Source: an uncultured Chloroflexia bacterium
GTDB taxonomy: Bacteria; Chloroflexota; Dehalococcoidia; DSTF01; JACRBR01
Direction: 5' to 3'
Length of the DNA stretch: 64,000 nt
Assembly (NCBI GenBank): GCA_963743185.1
Contig: CAVUOT010000007.1
Span: forward strand, 24,869-88,868
A program made the position numbers and the translations under genes. The notes beneath the pieces were generated by a model. That model saw only the letters and a list, made by a program, of their open reading frames with translations. It did not search any database and was not told where the DNA came from. Positions 59,230 through 64,000 of the stretch are shown in pieces (the first letter of the stretch is position 1; each line of letters begins with the position of its first letter).

Positions 59230-61054
59230 ATGGCGCTGCGACTTTCCGGCCTGATGCTCGTCGGCGCGCTGCTCGCCGCCACCGCAATCGCGTTGGCGAC
59301 GGCGAGCACCCCGCCGCGCGCCCGTGCTGCGGCCGGCGGCTGGACCGCCGAATACTTCAACAACATGACGCTCACTGGCGCTCCCGTCCTCGTGCGTGAG
59401 GAAGGCCCGTACCTCGACCTCTACCGCGATGGCACCGAGCCGGCGCCCGGCGTCAACATCGAGCACTTCAGCGCCCGCTGGAACCGCACCGACGACTACA
59501 CCGCCGGCACGTACCGCATCACCGCCGCCGGCGACGACGGCATCCGCGTCTACGTCGACGGTGCGCCTCGTGATCGACGCCTGGTTCGATCAGCAGATCA
59601 CGACCTACATCGCCGACGTCACGCTGAGCGCCGGCACGCACAGCGTGCGCGTCGAGTACTACAACAACCTCGATAAGGTCGCCGCGAGCGTCTGGATCGA
59701 ACCCGTGGACATCGTGGCCGAATCAACCGCCGTCCCCACCGCGACGAATCTTCCGGCCGAGGCAACAGGCACCGCGCCCGCCCTCACCCCCACCGCGCCG
59801 GCGATCACCGGTACTGCGGCGGCGATGAGCACCGCCGGCGCGACGCGAACCGCCGCCGCCACGCGCACGGCCGCCGCCTCGCCGACCATCGAGCGCACAG
59901 CGACGATAGAGGGCGCGATCTCGCCGCTCGCGTCGCCGACGCCCGCCGCAACGTCGACCCCGGGTACGCCGCCGCGCATCGAATGCCTGTGGGCGCTGCC
60001 GGACATGAACTCCGCCGAGGCAGGCATCCAGTACACACCCAGCCCGCCCGCGGATATCCACGACGACGACATGGCGGTCGTCCCGGACGCGGATAACAAC
60101 GCGAGCAATGGCGTGCAGGCGCCGTGCGCCGGGCCTCCCGCGTCGTTGCCGTCGCAGCCGGACGGCGCGCGCCATCTCATGCAGGTCGTACCCAACTTCG
60201 AGGACCTACCCGAACAGCGCCGCATCCAGCTCTGGATGGCCGCGGACGCTCCGGCGGCCGGCGATGAGATCGCCGCGTTCTGGTACGTGTACTACCCGGC
60301 CGGCTCGACAGTCGGTGGTGTTGCTTCGACGCTCGTACCCGCCACGGACTGCGCCGCGGACGGCGGCGCGACGGGTCCGGCCGGCTCGATGTTCGAGGCG
60401 GCGGTGCACTCGGGCCAGATAGCGCCGGCTGCGGTCAGCGATCCCCTGCTCAGCCTGACCGCTCGCTGCCAGCAGGGCGCGAAACGCCTCTTCCACGGCG
60501 AGTTTCAGCTCAGCAAGGACCAGCCCTGCGGAGAATACGGCATCACCGCTGTCGCCGTAACGACGTCTGGGGCGACGGCCACGCTGTCCGCGACGTTCGA
60601 TGTGCTGTGCGTCATCGCACTCAGAGTCGACTTCAGCATCATCGATTGGGGCACGCTCACGCCCGGACAGCCGAAGACCATCGACGGCGATACGGCCTTC
60701 TCGCCGCCGGCCGATGCGGCGCCCACGGTGAAGAACGCCGGCAACGACGGCATGGGGCTGAAGCTCAGCTTCTCAACGCTGACAGGCGCGTCGTCCGGCC
60801 AGACCATCAACGAGTTTCATGGCTGCTTCGGCCGCGGCGCGCTTACGTTGCAGTGCATCAACCCGATCGTCGCAGGCTCGCTCGCCGCCTTCGACACCGA
60901 TCCGGCACGAACCCTGTGCGCGAATGAAACCGGCAGGCTCGACCTCGGCATCCACCCGCCGCTCACCGCGGCCGCCGACCGGTACGGCGGCATGCTGACG
61001 CTGATCGGCTACCCCATTCCCGGTCGATGCGCGGGGAACCGTCACGTGCCCTAG
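59230..61054 (+). CDS. PA14 domain fused to the cysteine-rich surface domain (paralog 3); apparent frameshift near 59565
   Basis: ORF 59230..59676 has the signal peptide LMLVGALLAATAIALATA and a PA14-like GWTAEYFNNMTLTGAPV...FSARWNRT...GTYRITAAGDDGIRVYVDG. It continues in ORF 59396..61054 (RLVIDAWFDQQ...AGTHSVRVEYYN). A Thr/Ala/Pro linker follows. The C-terminal domain is homologous to paralogs 1 and 2 (IECLWALPDMNS..GIQYT..HDDDM..NFEDLPEQRRIQLWMA...LSKDQPCGEYGI...PTVKNAGNDGMGLKLSFS). Confidence 0.8.
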
Positions 61055-61112
61055 AAATCGCCGCCGGCTGCCCGCTGCCGGCTGGTGCGCACGCAAACGG
61101 GCAAGCATCCGA

Positions 61113-62366
61113 TCAGGCGATGAGGCCGGGCACCGGGTCGAAGTGCTCGCCCAGGATGTCGTCGGCCGGCGCGTTGATCCAGCGATCGAGAATGGTCGCG
61201 TAGACGGACCGAAAATCTGTCGTGAACTTCAGGTTGCCGCCGTCGAGGTCCGTGAGCGACGCGGGCTTGCCGTAGAAGCCGCCGTTGACGCCGCCACCGA
61301 GCAGGAACATCGGCGCGGCCGTGCCGTGGTCCGTGCCTTCGCTGGCGTTCTCCGCGGCGCGCCGCCCGAACTCCGACCACGTCATCGTCAGCACATCCTT
61401 GTCTTTCCCATACGACGCGAGGTCGGCGTAGAAGGCCGCGAGCGCATCGCCCAGCTCGCCGAGCAGCTTCTCATGCTCGTTGAGCTGCGTCGCGTGCGTG
61501 TCGAAGCCGCCGAGCGTGACGTGGGCGACGCGCAGACGCGCGCCACTGGCGATCACCTGCGAGACGAGCTGCAGGCCGCTCGCGATCGACGTCGCCGGGT
61601 ACGCCACGACGGGCGTGTGCTTCGCCACCGCGTCCGCGAGCGCCGCGGATGACGCGACGGCGTCGCCGGCCGTCGTTTCGAGCAGCGCGGCGTAGGGCGT
61701 GTTCTTCGGGAACTGGTCGTAGAGCTTCAGCAGCGCCGTCTGGCGGCGGCGCGCCTCGGCTTCGTCCGGCGCGAGCTTCTGGAAACCGTACTGCGCCGCA
61801 TCGACCGCGGAGACGATCGGCGCCCGCGGCGAGTACAGCTCGGGCGCGACGAACGCATCGACGTTGAAGCCGTGTAGCGGATCGTGCTCCTCGGCTTCGA
61901 GGCGGGCGAGGTAGTTGCCGAGCCAGCCCTCGCCGGCGGCGGCGCTCGGTCCGGCGTTCTGCCAGATGAGCATCGACTGGAAGTGCGAGAAGTTCGGTTG
62001 CGGGTAGCCGACGCCGTGAACGACCGCGAACTTCTTGCTGTCCCACATCGGCTTGAGCGCGGCGAGCTTCGGGTGCAAACCGAAGCCGTCCGACAGCGGC
62101 ACCACCTGGTCCGCGGGCACCATCAGCGACGGGCGCAGCCTGGCGTACGCGGGATCGCCGTACGGCACGACCGTGTTCAGCCCGTCGTTTCCGCCGGCGA
62201 GCTGCACGATCACAAGCGTCTTCGGCGACGTCTCCGGCGCGGCCGCGTCGGCGTCGGACGCGCGGATCGCGAACGCGCCCTTGAACACGGAGGGCAGCGC
62301 GGCGTGCGCCGTGCCGAGCGTCACGAGCGCCACGCCCTTCTTCACGAACTCGCGTCGCGCGATCAT
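61113..62366 (-). CDS. DUF1501 domain-containing protein (Tat-signal, sulfatase-fold-like)
   Basis: ORF 61113..62366. The twin-arginine-like N-terminus is MIARREFVKKGVALVTLG, followed by LAGGNDGLNTVVPYGDPAY. The C-terminal DHGTAAPMFLLGG is typical of DUF1501. Confidence 0.8.
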   Translation of the reverse strand: MIARREFVKKGVALVTLGTAHAALPSVFKGAFAIRASDADAAAPETSPKTLVIVQLAGGNDGLNTVVPYGDPAYARLRPSLMVPADQVVPLSDGFGLHPKLAALKPMWDSKKFAVVHGVGYPQPNFSHFQSMLIWQNAGPSAAAGEGWLGNYLARLEAEEHDPLHGFNVDAFVAPELYSPRAPIVSAVDAAQYGFQKLAPDEAEARRRQTALLKLYDQFPKNTPYAALLETTAGDAVASSAALADAVAKHTPVVAYPATSIASGLQLVSQVIASGARLRVAHVTLGGFDTHATQLNEHEKLLGELGDALAAFYADLASYGKDKDVLTMTWSEFGRRAAENASEGTDHGTAAPMFLLGGGVNGGFYGKPASLTDLDGGNLKFTTDFRSVYATILDRWINAPADDILGEHFDPVPGLIA

Positions 62367-62586
62367 GACCTCACCTCCAGCCCTTCGCCGACGACGAGTC
62401 TTCGGACATGCGCGTCGTGGATCGGAGTCGAAGCTCCTCCGCCGCGAGTGGCTGGGGACGAGCCCGGGTGTGCGCGGTCGCGAAGCGCGCTTCTTCGGCC
62501 GCGCGCATGATCGTCACGCCGGCGAGGCGCGCGCATGCTCTGCAGGGGCAGGCGGCTGCTGATACGCGTAGTGTTCATCCGCCACC

Positions 62587-64000
62587 TCACGCTAACTGGT
62601 ACTCGGGCGACGCGAGCAGCAGCGCGGCGAGGCCGCGGAGGCGCTGTTCGCGCGTTGCCTGCGGCAGCGACGCGAAGCCGCCGCCCTCGTCGAGGTACTG
62701 GCTCAGCGTCGCGCGCGCGTCGTCACTGATGCGGCCGTCGACGAGCGCGCGCGATGCTCCGTCGATGGCGTCGCCGGCGGACGTGGGCGGCGAGGGAAAG
62801 AGCACGGACGATGTTGGCCGCGGCGATCTTCGGCGCCCGGCCCGCCCCCGGCCGGGCGCGGCCTTCGTCGAACACGCCGCCGTTCACGAGCTGCGCGGCG
62901 CCGTTGACGCGCGCGAACCACGTGCTGGTCCCGAGCCACGTGCGGCCGCCGGGCCAGCCCGCCACGTTCGGCGGGTCGAACAGCGTCTGCCCCATGGTGC
63001 GCATCGCGCCGACGATCGTGCGTGGGTCGATCTGCGACTCGAACAGGCGCAGCGCGCCGATGGCGAAATCGACGGGGCTCTTGACGATCGCGCGGTAGGC
63101 CTCGCGCGAGTAGAAGGCGTCCGACGTGAGCACGGCGCGCACGACCTGCTTCGTGTCGAAGCCGGATTGGCGTGCGACAGCGGCGATCGGCGCGATCACC
63201 TCGTCGGCGGGCGCCGGGTAAGCGAAGAACTCGAAGAGCTTGCGGGCGAAATGCGCGGGCGCGGCGTCCTGTCTCATGATGATGTCGACGATGCCGTCGG
63301 CGTCGAAGTTCCCGGTTTCACCGAGGAACGTCTTGAGGCCGGCGTCGTGCTGGCCCGGGCGGAAGACGAAGCCCCGGTCCTTGTCGAGGCTGTAGCCGGT
63401 GTGGGCGCGCGCCGACTCGCGCACGTCCTGCTCGGTGTAGTGACCGGCGCCGAGCGTGAACAGCTCCATCAGCTCGCGCGCGTAGTTCTCGTTCGGATGG
63501 TTCTTGTTGCTGGTGTGGATATCGAGCCAGAGCATCATGGCGGGGTCGCGCACGACGCCCTTCAGCAGCACGTCGAACTTGTCGAGCGCGTGGTCGCGGA
63601 AGAACTGGTTCTGCGTGAGCATGACGGAGTGGTACTGCTTCGGGATCTTGGTGAGGCCGGACGTGAGCAGGCCGTGCCAGAAGAGCGTCATGCGCTCGAC
63701 CGCCGGACGCTCGGTGTACATCAGCCGCGCGATCCAGGTGGCAATGACTTCGGCCGGCTTCTGCATGTCGTAGTTGAGCTTCGCGACCGCCGTATCCGTG
63801 GCGCTGTCGTCGCGCGACGTCTGGGCGAGCAGATCATCGACCACCTGCTCGGCGGGCATGCCGCGATAGTGCTCGACGTCGGCGGGCAGTGCGGCGAACG
63901 ACGTGCGACGCAGGAGATGACGCAACCGCGTATCGGGGTCGTCGAGGGGATTCGGACCGGAATCGGCGGCGGCCGTCGATGCGCCCGTCCGCGCGTCCTT
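62587..64000 (-). CDS. DUF1800 domain-containing protein; N-terminus probably beyond the window; apparent frameshift near 62805
   Basis: ORF 62723..63925 (RHLLRRTSFAALPADVEHY..., a typical DUF1800 start region). The frame stays open upstream to position 64000. The C-terminus LFPSPPTSAGDAIDGASRALVDGRISDDARATLSQYL...LLASPEYQLA* is in the frame of ORF 62587..62805. Confidence 0.75.

Noticed and set aside
1-64000. tRNA, rRNA, tmRNA, RNase P and SRP RNA genes.
   Set aside because: I scanned by eye for T-loop (GGTTCGAATCC-like) and other hallmark strings and found none. An eye scan cannot exclude them, so tRNAscan-SE or Infernal should be run, especially on 53785-54804, 42030-42500 and 44721-45524.

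Overview
The window is 64 kb of very GC-rich bacterial chromosome (by eye about two-thirds G+C; not computed). It is densely coding and mostly housekeeping or accessory metabolism. I saw no rRNA, tRNA, CRISPR array, transposase, integrase or phage genes. The gene content suggests a high-GC monoderm-type lineage, possibly Chloroflexota/Thermomicrobia-like. This is a weak inference from murT-gatD, treT, GH57, DUF1800/DUF1501 and the 'SPLHVVERGxGEV'-coding repeats.

Recognisable genes, in order:
- M16 peptidase.
- A minus-strand sugar operon: treT-like, treT, glgC, GH57-like.
- GNAT, then two small membrane proteins.
- A repeat/TSP3/dockerin surface protein and a beta-helix protein.
- serS, NUDIX, ada-ogt, proA.
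- An ABC-2 exporter pair, azlCD, a methyltransferase, a PrsW protease, a GYD protein.
- gatD-murT, an SDR, Fic, recG, an alpha/beta hydrolase, a second SDR.
- DinB, HAD, GrpB, an M20 amidohydrolase, an NDP-sugar pyrophosphorylase, an ANT(2'')-like nucleotidyltransferase.
- A histidine kinase and OmpR-type regulator, an MFS transporter, a second NUDIX.
- fabF, a CAP-domain protein, glutamate dehydrogenase, an HExxH protein, mreB, murA.
- A DUF1501/DUF1800 pair at the right edge.

The most interesting locus is 53965-61054. A consensus-like promoter and an ~800 nt structured leader precede two tandem near-identical cysteine-rich secreted paralogs. These are followed by a lipoprotein with CARDB/NEW3-like repeats and a C-terminal membrane anchor, then a third paralog fused to a PA14 domain. 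I cannot place the shared ~350 aa domain in any family. I propose it as an uncharacterised cell-surface assembly or adhesin system.

Other notable signals:
- A REP-like palindromic repeat family, with two copies sitting in frame inside gatD and recG.
- Inverted arrays of heptad-phased TAG repeats between cistrons.
- About 24 apparent frameshifts, including in essential genes. This points to indel errors in the assembly rather than gene decay.

All family assignments are from motif recognition by eye. No searches were run.
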